Origin: an uncultured bacterium
GTDB taxonomy: Bacteria > Planctomycetota > UBA1135 > GCA-002686595
Assembly: GCA_943787795.1 (NCBI GenBank)
Contig: CALSNU010000003.1
Coordinates: 224,001 to 288,000, forward strand
DNA: 64,000 nt
Direction: 5' to 3'
This document shows positions 9,625 to 19,392 of this stretch, piece after piece. A model generated the notes under the pieces. The model did no database searches, had not been told where the DNA came from, and saw only the letters and a program-made list of their open reading frames with translations. Numbering within the stretch: position 1 is the first letter of the stretch; each line of letters begins with the position of its first letter. The translations under genes and the position numbers were made by a program.

Positions 9625-12405
9625 TCAGGGAAGGATCTGCAGCGTGATGACGTTGGACACGAAGTCGTAGGGATCCCGCGTGACCGCGCAGTGGTACATC
9701 GTCTGCCCCACGAGCCCGCTGGTGAACGCGGGGTTGAGACGGATCTGTATACCGGCTGCCCCCGCCTGGTTCAGGGTGCCAAACTGGTGTCTAAACACCG
9801 CTCCCTGGGTGTCGATCAGGCCCGCGCGGGTCCAGCGGTCGAAGTTGATGGGGACGTCGACCCCGCCCAAGACGAATCCGTTCGACGTGCCGCTGAGGCT
9901 CGAGAACATGATGTAGTCGCGGTTGGCGTAGGCCTCACCAGCATGGAAGAAGATCTGCTGGAGGTCCGCGGCACCCACAGACCCTGAGTCCGTGCGGGCA
10001 GAGAGCGCCGCGTGACGGCGGAGCACGGTGACCCAGTCCTCGTCCGGGTCAGAGGGCGGCGGTCCAAGCGCCAGCCAGCCGCCGGTGGAGTTGATGGCGG
10101 TCGGTGGCCCCGCGTAATCCCCTGTCCTCGGGTTGAACCAGAACTGCTCGAACGCGCCCAGCGACGACCCGAGATTGAGCTCACCGGTGCTCGATGCATC
10201 GGCGAGGTAGACGGCGTAGACCTGCCCGTCCTTCACGAAGACCTGGCCTTCGCCGATGCTCAACTCCTCATTCCGGAGGAGGCTATCGTCAGGCTCCATC
10301 TCCCAGAAGGGGAGCTCCGCCTCAATGAAGCTCCTGGCGTACCCGACGTACGTCCACATGTCATCCCGCGTCCGGAAGTCTTCGAGGGAGAGGTCTCCGC
10401 CGAGGGGGAGGTTGTGCCAGCCCAGGTAGAACTCGACGCCTCCGCCGCTGAAGAGGGCGTCATAGAGCACGCGCTTGCGGACGTCGTCGGCGTTGGAGTC
10501 CGTCAGCCCGGTAGGCCAAGGGTTCATCTCGTCCGCGTCAACCAGCCATGGGCGCCCCGCCTGCGCCGAGAGCATGCGAAGCTCCTCGATCTGATCCTCC
10601 GATTCATTCAGCGAGAACTGGAGGGAGGCGGCGTCGATGTTCGGGTCCGTCAAGACCGACTGGAAGACGGCCAGGTCGTCGGGGCGATTATGAAGCGAGA
10701 TGGGGTGCTCGTAAGCGTCCAGGTCGGTGATCCACTGGGCGAAGCTCCCGAGGGTCGTGGCGCTGAAGTCGGTCTCTTCGCAGAGATTCCACCGGAGCGC
10801 CGGGTGATGCCCAAAGCGGGCGATCATCTCACGGTAGAAGAGCTTGCGTTCGGTGCCTAGGGTGCCGCCGTCCAGCCAGAGCTCGTTCTGGACCTCGGTC
10901 TCGTTCATCACCAGGGACAGCGACATCCCCAGCCCCTGAGCGTGCCCAAAGACCACGTTCCACTGCCGCATCCGGCTGGTGTCGTAGTGGAGCTTCTCGA
11001 AGGCCCGGTTGCGTGGCCCGAGGAAGGGGTAGACGTCCCGTCCGTCGCCGCCGAGGTTCATCACGAGCAGGAACATTGAGTTCACGCCCTTGCCTGCGAG
11101 GTAGTTGAGGGCGCCTATCGCACCCTTGCCATCCTCAAGGCCGTTGCCGGGACGGAGGAGCGGGTCGCCCGGCCTCCAGTCTGCTCGGTGCTCGGCGAAG
11201 CTGTGGAGGTTACCGACGCCCTGGGTCTTCGTGATGTCGTCCATCGCCCTGTTGGCGAGGAAGTTCTCGGGACCGTTGATTCCAGCCTTCAGATAGAAGG
11301 GACCGTGCTCGAACTTGCGGTGGTGGCGTCCTACGTCAATGAGTGTGCCGAGCCGGTAGAGGCCCTTGCCGGCGGGGTCGATCCCCTTGACCTCGAAGGT
11401 GATCTGTCGTCCATCAATGGTGGTGACCGCAGAGCCCGCAGCTGGGGCACTCTGGAGGGCCACCCCGGACCCAGCGCGCATGGACGCGTGAGCCGTCCAG
11501 GTGCCCCTTGCGGGGGGCAGAAAGCGGGCGGTCCAGACGTTGCCGACATCACCCGTCCCGCCGTCGGCGTCGAAGAAGCCGGGCACCTCGAGGCTTCGAC
11601 CGCCAGGGCCATCGAAGCGCACCGTCAGGCGATAGTCGAGGAAGGGGTTGGGGCTCTCTCCGGTCTCTGATTCCCAGGGACCGTGGAAGCTGAGCTCCAT
11701 GGGTGAGGCCACCCGCGGCTCGCGCGGGCTGATCCAATGATCTCCGTTGCCGTCCGCGCCCGCGTGGACGCCGGGCTGCCTGACCAGGAAGGCCGCGCCG
11801 TCGATGCTGCTGGAGATCACCTGGATGCCAGCGACCTGGTGCTGCGCGGTCACGCTGCCGCCACCGGGAAGCCGGAGATCCTCGAAGTGGAAGCTGGTCG
11901 CGTGCACCCGCTGACCGCGGTTATCGCCGGCTTCACAGACCACCGGGGTTTGCGTCCACGGGTTGAGGGGGACCGGGGCACCAATCGCGCCGTTCTGGAA
12001 TCGCGCGCGAACCTCCACGGCATCGTTCCCGCCGACCTCGAAAAGGAAGAAGTCCGCTGCGGGGCCAGCTCCGGGGGTCCAGGGCCCGAAGGTGACCTCC
12101 CAGGGGGTCGAGGTGTTGGAGCGAACGAAGTAGGACTCCAGGTTGCGGCTGTCCGCGTTGCGCACGGACCCCGCCCAGTGGGTCAGGCTCACGTCGCCGT
12201 CGGACTCGCCCCATCGGAGGTCCGCTCGCTCCACCCAGGTCCCCTCTGAACGGATTCGTTCAACCATCGAGCCCTGGACCTCGACGGTCAGGGCCTGCCC
12301 GCTCGCCACCGCCGAGAGGGAGCCAGCGGCTAGAGCAAGCGGTGCCAACGGCCGCACGGCAGCCCGCAGGCTCGCAAGCGAGAGAGTTTGGAGTGGTTGG
12401 GTCAT
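9625..12405 (-). CDS. Secreted DUF5060 / putative glycoside hydrolase with C-terminal beta domain
   Basis: Signal peptide; NPFLDYRLTVRF..PGFFDADG (DUF5060-like); WNLCEE and DADE motifs of a TIM-barrel hydrolase; WFNPRTG module; start 12405 preferred over 12528. Confidence 0.7.
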   Translation of the reverse strand: MTQPLQTLSLASLRAAVRPLAPLALAAGSLSAVASGQALTVEVQGSMVERIRSEGTWVERADLRWGESDGDVSLTHWAGSVRNADSRNLESYFVRSNTSTPWEVTFGPWTPGAGPAADFFLFEVGGNDAVEVRARFQNGAIGAPVPLNPWTQTPVVCEAGDNRGQRVHATSFHFEDLRLPGGGSVTAQHQVAGIQVISSSIDGAAFLVRQPGVHAGADGNGDHWISPREPRVASPMELSFHGPWESETGESPNPFLDYRLTVRFDGPGGRSLEVPGFFDADGGTGDVGNVWTARFLPPARGTWTAHASMRAGSGVALQSAPAAGSAVTTIDGRQITFEVKGIDPAGKGLYRLGTLIDVGRHHRKFEHGPFYLKAGINGPENFLANRAMDDITKTQGVGNLHSFAEHRADWRPGDPLLRPGNGLEDGKGAIGALNYLAGKGVNSMFLLVMNLGGDGRDVYPFLGPRNRAFEKLHYDTSRMRQWNVVFGHAQGLGMSLSLVMNETEVQNELWLDGGTLGTERKLFYREMIARFGHHPALRWNLCEETDFSATTLGSFAQWITDLDAYEHPISLHNRPDDLAVFQSVLTDPNIDAASLQFSLNESEDQIEELRMLSAQAGRPWLVDADEMNPWPTGLTDSNADDVRKRVLYDALFSGGGVEFYLGWHNLPLGGDLSLEDFRTRDDMWTYVGYARSFIEAELPFWEMEPDDSLLRNEELSIGEGQVFVKDGQVYAVYLADASSTGELNLGSSLGAFEQFWFNPRTGDYAGPPTAINSTGGWLALGPPPSDPDEDWVTVLRRHAALSARTDSGSVGAADLQQIFFHAGEAYANRDYIMFSSLSGTSNGFVLGGVDVPINFDRWTRAGLIDTQGAVFRHQFGTLNQAGAAGIQIRLNPAFTSGLVGQTMYHCAVTRDPYDFVSNVITLQILP

Positions 12406-12640
12406 GAAGCGCTGACCGGCCTCGCCAAGGGGGGCAGAGCCCTCGGTGTGCACGAAGGCATTGGTGTGAAGGGAGCCGGGGATACTTAGAAGGCGGGCGA
12501 ACACCGCGTCCGACCTGCCCTGTTCCATCGAGGTCCGGGCGGAGCAAATCAGGGGTGGCTGATGAGAGACTTGTACGAAGGATAAATCCTGGAGGGTGTC
12601 GGCGACGCGAAACCCCGGACTCTCCGGTTAGTCTGCAGAA

Positions 12641-14458
12641 ATGGGACGCAGTGATTCACCCTCAGGTTTCGGCAGTTTCGGAGATCTGCGCAAGGCGCTC
12701 AAGGGAACTGATGGGGAGGGCTCCGAGGCCACGGATCCATCGAAGGCAGCGAGTGGCTCACCTGCGGACTCGGGGAGGGGCTGGACCCTCGAGACCGGGG
12801 ATGAGGCGCCCTACGAGCTCACAGAGGAGGATTTGGAGGGTCTCCCTGACCCTGATAGTCAGATTCCTGCGCGTATTGCGCGCCGCCCAGGGGCCTTCGG
12901 ACCCATGGAGCACGGCCCGGCCTGCTACGGGGACCTTGACTCGGAGGAGATGGAGTTGGTGCGCTCCTTCCGGCTGCGGACCCTGTTTCCAGAAGATGTT
13001 TCCGGGGAGCTTCGTGAGCTGCCGGAGAACCCCGTGGCTGCGGATTACGCGGATCGCCTGGACCTTCGAGGGGAGGTGATCTTCACGATCGACGGCGCCG
13101 ACGCCAAGGACTACGACGACGCGATCGCGATTCGGCCCAGGGAAGGGGGCGGCTTCCATGTGAGCGTTCACATCGCGGACGTGAGCCACTACGTCAGGCC
13201 TGGGACGGCGCTCGACGACGAGGCCCTCGCCCGGGGCACGAGCGTCTACCTGCCCGATCAAGTGATCCCGATGCTCCCCGAGGCGCTCTCCAACGGGCTG
13301 TGCTCACTGGTGCCAAAGCAGGACCGCCTCGCGTACTCCGTCTTCATGGAGTTCAACGAGGCCGGAGAGCGCGTCTCCTCCAGCGTCTCCAAGAGCGTCA
13401 TCTGCAGCGTGCATCGCGGGGACTATCGGATTGTCCAGGACCTGCTCGATGGGACGGTGACGGAGGAGACCCAGGAGATCGAGTTCCTCCGTGAGCCCCT
13501 CGAGCAGTTCAGCGAATGGACCAAGGTCCAGCAGCGGATCCGTGACGCGAAGGGGTCGCTCCGGATCAACTCGAGAGAGAAGAAGTTCGTGTTCGACGAC
13601 GCCCATGAGGTGGAGGCCATCGTCAACGCGCCCCGATACTTCTCTCAGACGCTCATCGAGGAGACGGCTCTGGCGGCGAACCAGGCGGTCGGCGATCTCT
13701 TCCGGGCCAAGGGGCTCCCGACGATCTATCGGGTTCACCCGGAGAAGGACCCCGAGGAGATCGAGCGGGTGGCCGCGATGCTGTCCAAGTTCGGGATCCG
13801 TGTCCCCGACAAGGATCGGCTGACGGGCCGCGACATCGGGCGCATGATCCGCCTCGCCCGTCGAAAGCAGAACGCCGAGGCCCTCGTGCAGCGGATCATG
13901 GGCCTGGTCGAGCGAGCGGTCTACGAGGTCAAGGACCACGAGGACGTGGCGACGCACTTCGGCCTGGCGCGCAAGGCCTACCTCCACTTCACCTCTCCAA
14001 TTCGGCGCTACCCCGACCTGATCGTTCACCGCTGGCTCCACTCGGTGGAGACGCGTCACGACGAGGCCGCGGAAGAGCTCAGCTCCCTCGCGCTTATTGA
14101 CCAGCTGAATGACACGGCCTCCCACTGCAGCGTGCAGTCCGAGGCCGCCGGGATGGCAGAGATCGCCGTCAAGGACCTCAAGGTGTGCCAGTTCATGGAG
14201 CCGCGGATCGAGCAGACCTTTGACGCGAAGGTCCAGCGCGTCTCACGGGGCGGGCTCGAGGTGCACATCGGCGAGCTGAATGTCTCGGGCTTCATCCCGG
14301 CGCGCTCCATGGGAGATCGGCCCAAGGTCGACGGGGCGACCCTCAAGGTCTCGGTGGGCAAGCGGGTCCTCTCCTTCACGGAGGGCTACCAGATCTCAGT
14401 CCGCGTCAAGGACGTCGACTTCCTGCGGCTGCAGGTGTTGCTCGAACTCGCCGGCTAG
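12641..14458 (+). CDS. rnr: RNase R/RNase II (RNB) family exoribonuclease
   Basis: FTIDGADAKDYDDAI, RGTSVYLP, HFTSPIRRYPDL, C-terminal S1 domain. Confidence 0.9.
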   Translation: MGRSDSPSGFGSFGDLRKALKGTDGEGSEATDPSKAASGSPADSGRGWTLETGDEAPYELTEEDLEGLPDPDSQIPARIARRPGAFGPMEHGPACYGDLDSEEMELVRSFRLRTLFPEDVSGELRELPENPVAADYADRLDLRGEVIFTIDGADAKDYDDAIAIRPREGGGFHVSVHIADVSHYVRPGTALDDEALARGTSVYLPDQVIPMLPEALSNGLCSLVPKQDRLAYSVFMEFNEAGERVSSSVSKSVICSVHRGDYRIVQDLLDGTVTEETQEIEFLREPLEQFSEWTKVQQRIRDAKGSLRINSREKKFVFDDAHEVEAIVNAPRYFSQTLIEETALAANQAVGDLFRAKGLPTIYRVHPEKDPEEIERVAAMLSKFGIRVPDKDRLTGRDIGRMIRLARRKQNAEALVQRIMGLVERAVYEVKDHEDVATHFGLARKAYLHFTSPIRRYPDLIVHRWLHSVETRHDEAAEELSSLALIDQLNDTASHCSVQSEAAGMAEIAVKDLKVCQFMEPRIEQTFDAKVQRVSRGGLEVHIGELNVSGFIPARSMGDRPKVDGATLKVSVGKRVLSFTEGYQISVRVKDVDFLRLQVLLELAG

Positions 14459-14516
14459 CCGTGACGCCGATAAGCGGGGACGCCGACAAACGGGGCCCGG
14501 CGAGTGGGGACTACCG

Positions 14517-16517
14517 CTAGCGGGGCTTGCGGCCAGCGGGCTTACGGCTGGCCCGTGCCGCGGCGGCGGCCTCCGCAGCCGCCTTGCGCTGCGCCTTCTC
14601 CTCGGCCTTTCGTTGCTTCACCAGGTCGGGGCGGCGCTGCAGCTCGATCTCGGCGAAGCCTGCGGCGTTCTTGTGCCCGTTGTTCGTGCCGACGGCGACC
14701 TCGAGGACCGTCACCTTCAACTCGCGGATCACCTTCGCCTTGGGGAGCGGCAGGTAGGCCTTCCCGAAGTGGTCGGGGTCGAGTTCAAACTCGCCGACCT
14801 CGTTCCGGTTGACCTCGATCAGGACGCGCTTGGGCCTGCCCCAGGCATCCCGCTCGTCGGGCGCCTTGTAGTAGGGGGAGAGCACGACGTGATCGGCGCG
14901 TTGGGGGCGGTCAGGCTCGATGGAGATCCAGGGCTGCTTGTCGGTCGGTAGCGACAGCCAACCGTATCCGTGGGAGCCGTCCCGGACGTGGCGAGCGGGG
15001 TGACCGTTGTTGGCGATGCTGGACGCCCGGCAGGTGCTGAGGGTCTTGCTGAGCTCATCGCGTCCGAAGTCCTGCGAGGCCTCCCGCATGGGGACCGTCA
15101 TGACCCCGTCCACGAGGACCTCGAGGGTGGGCGAGAGGAGCTCCACCTGTTCGCCCTCATCGTCGCCCATGGGGCGCACGTAGGCCTTCGCCAGGATCTT
15201 GTGCTTGCCCGGCTCGTCCATGCTGAATTGCGCGGCGAAACGCTCGCCCTTCGAGGGCTTCTGCGGGTCGCCTTCGATCGACCTGAGGACCTCGCCGGTG
15301 TCCGCGTTGACGTAGTCGACGCGCCAGACCCTGGGCCCCTTGCCGATCTCCTTGTCCCACTCGTGCTGCTGCCGGGTTCGGTCACCCCAGGAAGAGACCC
15401 ACGCGGTCAGCGGGGTGTCGCCGGTGATCCTGACGGACAGGGGCAACTCCGGGTCATCGTCCCCGTAGCTCTTCGCTCCCCGCGGCTGGAGGCCCGAGGT
15501 CGGAGATGTGGCGCGCTTCAGGACCAGCACGCCGAAGCAGGTTCCAGGGTGGGGCTCGTTCTTGTTGTCGTTCCCGGTTCCCCACCGGCCCGAGGCGTGC
15601 TGCCTCCCGACCAGGTAGTTCGCAGCTTCCCGGTACCAGTCGTGGGTGCCGAAGGCCTTGCGCCCGGTCAGCCCGCCCACCCGCTCGAGCCCGTAGAGGT
15701 AGTAGAGGTGCCAGCGGGAGGGCGGGGCGGCCTCGATGCTCATGTGATCACCGAGCCAGCTCGCTCCATCCTCGATCGCGGCGTCGAGGACCCGAGCGTC
15801 TCGCTTGCTGAGATCCTTGCGGGCGGACAGTGCCTGCCGCCCGAGCTCGATGATGGCGACCCCTGCCGCCGTCATGGAGCCGGTGACCGCGGTCCCCTGC
15901 TTGTAGGAGAATGACCCATCGTCTCGCTGGATGTTCAGCGCGTAGTCGATGCACTGCTCCCAGATCTTCGAGGGGATCTCGAGCCCGCTGGCCTCAGCGA
16001 TCCGCATGCCGAGGCAGCCATACTGGGTCAGGGACAGATCTTCGTGACCGCCGGGGTAACTGAAGCCCTGGCCCTGGCACTCGAGGAGGATCTCGGTCCA
16101 GATCTCGATCTCCTCGATGTGTTGAGCCGGGTCCGCCGCGTGCGCGGCCATCAGGCAGCAGGCGATGCCGTAGGTGTGCCTGGGCGGGTTCGCGCGAAGG
16201 TACGCGAAGCCCCTGATGATGGAGGGGTGCCTCGGAGAGACCCCGGACTTGATGAGCGTGTAGAGCGCGAGGCCGGTCTGTCCGGAGACGTACTTGTGCT
16301 CGTCGGGGCGCCAGGACCCGTCCAGCTGCTGGCGCTTGAGGAGGTAGTCCGCACCGCGGTTGATGGCCGCGCTGATCTGCGCCTGGGTCGCCCCGTCCCC
16401 GGCGGCCTCCTGCAGGGCTCGCGGGCTTGCAGCAGCGGTCGAAGCGAGCAACGCGAGCGCCAGGGCGAAGCCGCCCGTGATCCGTCGGGCGCCCGCAGGG
16501 AGGAATCCTCGAAGCAT
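14517..16517 (-). CDS. Secreted prenyltransferase/squalene-oxidase-repeat protein with C-terminal discoidin-like domain
   Basis: Signal peptide; QW-like repeats QQLDGSW, QRDDGSF, QHASGRW; YYLYGLERVG; ASS...DG...W...FAEIEL. Confidence 0.7.
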   Translation of the reverse strand: MLRGFLPAGARRITGGFALALALLASTAAASPRALQEAAGDGATQAQISAAINRGADYLLKRQQLDGSWRPDEHKYVSGQTGLALYTLIKSGVSPRHPSIIRGFAYLRANPPRHTYGIACCLMAAHAADPAQHIEEIEIWTEILLECQGQGFSYPGGHEDLSLTQYGCLGMRIAEASGLEIPSKIWEQCIDYALNIQRDDGSFSYKQGTAVTGSMTAAGVAIIELGRQALSARKDLSKRDARVLDAAIEDGASWLGDHMSIEAAPPSRWHLYYLYGLERVGGLTGRKAFGTHDWYREAANYLVGRQHASGRWGTGNDNKNEPHPGTCFGVLVLKRATSPTSGLQPRGAKSYGDDDPELPLSVRITGDTPLTAWVSSWGDRTRQQHEWDKEIGKGPRVWRVDYVNADTGEVLRSIEGDPQKPSKGERFAAQFSMDEPGKHKILAKAYVRPMGDDEGEQVELLSPTLEVLVDGVMTVPMREASQDFGRDELSKTLSTCRASSIANNGHPARHVRDGSHGYGWLSLPTDKQPWISIEPDRPQRADHVVLSPYYKAPDERDAWGRPKRVLIEVNRNEVGEFELDPDHFGKAYLPLPKAKVIRELKVTVLEVAVGTNNGHKNAAGFAEIELQRRPDLVKQRKAEEKAQRKAAAEAAAAARASRKPAGRKPR

Positions 16518-16601
16518 GTGTGCCAGGATACCGTCTCGACGAGAATCCTTGCGCGGTCCTCTCGCCGACCCTCAAGCCTCGCTGTCCACACCCCGGTCCC
16601 G

Positions 16602-17381
16602 ATGTTCTTCATCCAGCCTGCACTGATCGCACTCTTCGGCGTGAGCCTTCTCATGGCCTGTGTCTGGGCCGCGCACCTGCGGGACGAGGACGCGAGCATC
16701 ATCGACCCCTTCTGGGGCATCGCCATCGTCTTGGTCGGCGCGCTCCATGCCCTCGCGGCCGGCGCTCCCCTGAGGGGGGCGCGCCTCCTGGTCGCCCTCG
16801 TCGCTCTGGCCTGGGCGCTTCGCCTCGCCATGCACCTCAGGGCGAGGCACAGGGCCGAGGGGCCTGATCGGAGGTATCAGGCCATGCGCGAGGCCCGCGG
16901 CAAGGCCTGGTGGTGGCAGAGTTTCTTTGTCGTCTTCATGCTCCAGGCCCTCCTGGCCTGGATCGTCGCGTTGCCGCTCATCGCGAGCATGTCGGGGCCT
17001 GTGACCCTCTCGCCTCTCTCCTCGATCGGCCTGCTCGTCGCGCTCCTCGGGTTCGGCTATGAGGCCGTCGCCGATGGGCAACTCGCACGCTTCAAGTCGG
17101 AGCCGGCCAACAAAGGCAAGGTCATGCAGTCCGGGTTGTGGGGCACCTCTCGTCACCCGAATTACTTCGGGGAAGCGGTCTTCTGGATGGGGTTTACCCT
17201 CACCGGGGTCGCGAGCGGTGCCTGGTGGAGCTTGATCGGATTCGCACTCATTGTCTTCATGCTCCTGAAGGTCTCGGGGATCACCCTTACCGAGCAGACC
17301 ATCGCCGAAAGGCGACCGGCCTACGCGGACTACGTGCGGGACACCAGCGCGTTCGTGCCGTGGCCCAGGCGCAAGGGCTGA
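16602..17381 (+). CDS. DUF1295 / steroid 5-alpha-reductase-like membrane protein
   Basis: SIIDPFW, DRRY, EAVADGQL, GLWGTSRHPNYFGE. Confidence 0.88.
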   Translation: MFFIQPALIALFGVSLLMACVWAAHLRDEDASIIDPFWGIAIVLVGALHALAAGAPLRGARLLVALVALAWALRLAMHLRARHRAEGPDRRYQAMREARGKAWWWQSFFVVFMLQALLAWIVALPLIASMSGPVTLSPLSSIGLLVALLGFGYEAVADGQLARFKSEPANKGKVMQSGLWGTSRHPNYFGEAVFWMGFTLTGVASGAWWSLIGFALIVFMLLKVSGITLTEQTIAERRPAYADYVRDTSAFVPWPRRKG

Positions 17382-17726
17382 ACTCGGCGCGGAGAGTCGG
17401 CGCTTCGCTTTCCGTTCCAGCGATGCTCGATCGAGACCGAAGGCGGACACCGTCGTCGCAGATGTCTCTGGATGACACAGCGGGGACTGTCTCGCGTAAA
17501 GAAGACCCTCGCATGGATGGGATGAACGAGGTAGCGTCAATTGGGCAGGAGTTCGGAACCCGTCATCCGGCGGATCCGTCCTTCCATCCATCGACTGTTC
17601 CTTCCTCATGAAGCGCCGCTGCTGCTTGGCCATTGTGCCGGGCTTGTCAGCACCGTCACTCGGGTGGGACTCGTCCTTCTGCACAGTCCCACTTCTTCTC
17701 ACTCTTCCTTCTGGAGATTCATCCTG

Positions 17727-19106
17727 ATGCTTCGCTCTTCCCTCATCGCTGCCAGCTCCTTCGCGCTCATGGCCAGCGCCGCTGCTCAGACTCCGCAGCA
17801 ACTCAACTCCGTTCACCAGGTCCCCGGCGCTGTGAAGCACGCAGGTATCTACCACGTCGCCACCGGCACCTGGACTCGTACCGGCGGCGGCGCCGTGTCG
17901 AACTTCGGCGCCCCTGACATCGTTTACAGCAACACCGCGACGTCGGGTTACTTCACCACGGCTGGCGGCAACGGCGGCTTCGGTGCTGGCTCCGAGAACT
18001 TCGACGAGGGTGGCCTCCCGGGTACGACGAACGGCAACGTGTTCACCGGCGCCGGCCCGAACCGTGATGAGTACAACATCAACGGCTTCTCGTACGCCTA
18101 CTGCGACAACAGCGCGGCTGGGCTCAGCGGCTGGACGTTCAACTTCTACGCCTCCTACGATCCCTGCACGGCTGCTGTCAGCCCCGACGGTTCCGCCACG
18201 GTCACCGGCTTCCCCGCCGCTGGCGGTTGCTGGGTTGTCGACATCGACCTCACGGGTAGCGAGATCTGCCTTGAGGCCGACGGTGGTTCAGTCGCTCCGG
18301 GCTGGGACGACGACCCCGACTTCGACAGCTTCGGCTGGAGCTTCACCTACGCCGGTTCTGGCACGGGTCAGGCCGGCCCGCTGCTCGTCGGCGACCCGGT
18401 TGCGACCGACCCGACCTACACCATCGGCGGCCTTCCGCTTGACGGCTCGAACACCTACTACGGTGCTGTGAGCGCGTGCAACAACCTTGGCTCAGGTTAC
18501 CTGACCCAGGACTTCTGGTGGCTCGAGGACCCGACCGGGGCGAGCAGCAACTGCTACTTCTTCGGTGGCTACAGCAACAACAACGGTTGCGGCGGCCCGT
18601 CGAACCCCTACGCGTCCTTCTACATGGAGATGCTTGCTGCGCCCGGTTCCTGCGGGGCCCCGACGATCGGCACGATCTACTGCAACTCGAACGTGAACTC
18701 GACCGGCGTCAACACGTCCATGTCGCTCCTCGGTAGCGCTTCTGCCGCCGCGAACGACCTGACCATGGCGGCGGGGAACCTCCCGAACAACACGTTCGGC
18801 TTCTTCCTCTACTCCGGCACCCAGGGCTTCGCTGCGAACCCCGGCGGCAGCCAGGGCAACCTCTGCCTCGGCGGAGCGATCGGTCGCTTCCAGGGCCCCG
18901 GCCAGATCAAGTCCAGCGGTGCTGGTTCCGAGATCACGCTGAGCACCGCCGCTGGCGAGTGGGACCTTGCCAGCCTCCCGGCTCCGACGGGAAGCACCGC
19001 GGCGATGGCCGGTGACACGGCCAACTTCCAGGCCTGGCACCGTGACTCCTCCGGCGGCGTCGCTGTCTCCAACTTCTCGGACGGCATCACCGTCATCTGG
19101 CAGTGA
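17727..19106 (+). CDS. Secreted Gly/Ser/Asn-rich protein with conserved C-terminal domain
   Basis: GGAG RBS; signal peptide MLRSSL...ASAAA-Q; C-terminal domain homologous to that of the protease at 39420-41807. Confidence 0.85.
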   Translation: MLRSSLIAASSFALMASAAAQTPQQLNSVHQVPGAVKHAGIYHVATGTWTRTGGGAVSNFGAPDIVYSNTATSGYFTTAGGNGGFGAGSENFDEGGLPGTTNGNVFTGAGPNRDEYNINGFSYAYCDNSAAGLSGWTFNFYASYDPCTAAVSPDGSATVTGFPAAGGCWVVDIDLTGSEICLEADGGSVAPGWDDDPDFDSFGWSFTYAGSGTGQAGPLLVGDPVATDPTYTIGGLPLDGSNTYYGAVSACNNLGSGYLTQDFWWLEDPTGASSNCYFFGGYSNNNGCGGPSNPYASFYMEMLAAPGSCGAPTIGTIYCNSNVNSTGVNTSMSLLGSASAAANDLTMAAGNLPNNTFGFFLYSGTQGFAANPGGSQGNLCLGGAIGRFQGPGQIKSSGAGSEITLSTAAGEWDLASLPAPTGSTAAMAGDTANFQAWHRDSSGGVAVSNFSDGITVIWQ

Positions 19107-19156
19107 GCCTTTGACCCCGGTCGCCTCGGGCTTTGCCTGAGGCCCCAGGGACACTT

Positions 19157-19196
19157 CAGACGCCCCTCCTGGTTGTGAAACCAGGGGGGGCGTCTG
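19157..19196 (+). terminator. 18-bp stem-loop, probable terminator
   Basis: CAGACGCCCCTCCTGGTT-GTGA-AACCAGGGGGGGCGTCTG, one G-U pair, GNRA loop, no U-tract. Confidence 0.65.
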
Positions 19197-19392
19197 TGAA
19201 TCCAGGGGGAGCGTCTGGCATGGGTCGAGGACGTGTCCATGGGTCGAGGCGAGGCATGGAGGGGGGATCGGACCATTCGACCTTCAAAAGTCGGCTCCAG
19301 ATGGCAACCTTGCTCGTCGAGGTAGGTTGTCCCCACGGGGGCGACCTCGTGCCCCGCCCGTCACCCTGGAGCGATTGAGCGCCGCGCCACCC

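Noticed and set aside
14517..17381. Sterol/hopanoid cluster (squalene-cyclase-like repeats plus steroid-reductase-like gene)
   Set aside because: Repeat protein is secreted and lacks a DxDD cyclase motif; DUF1295 is widespread
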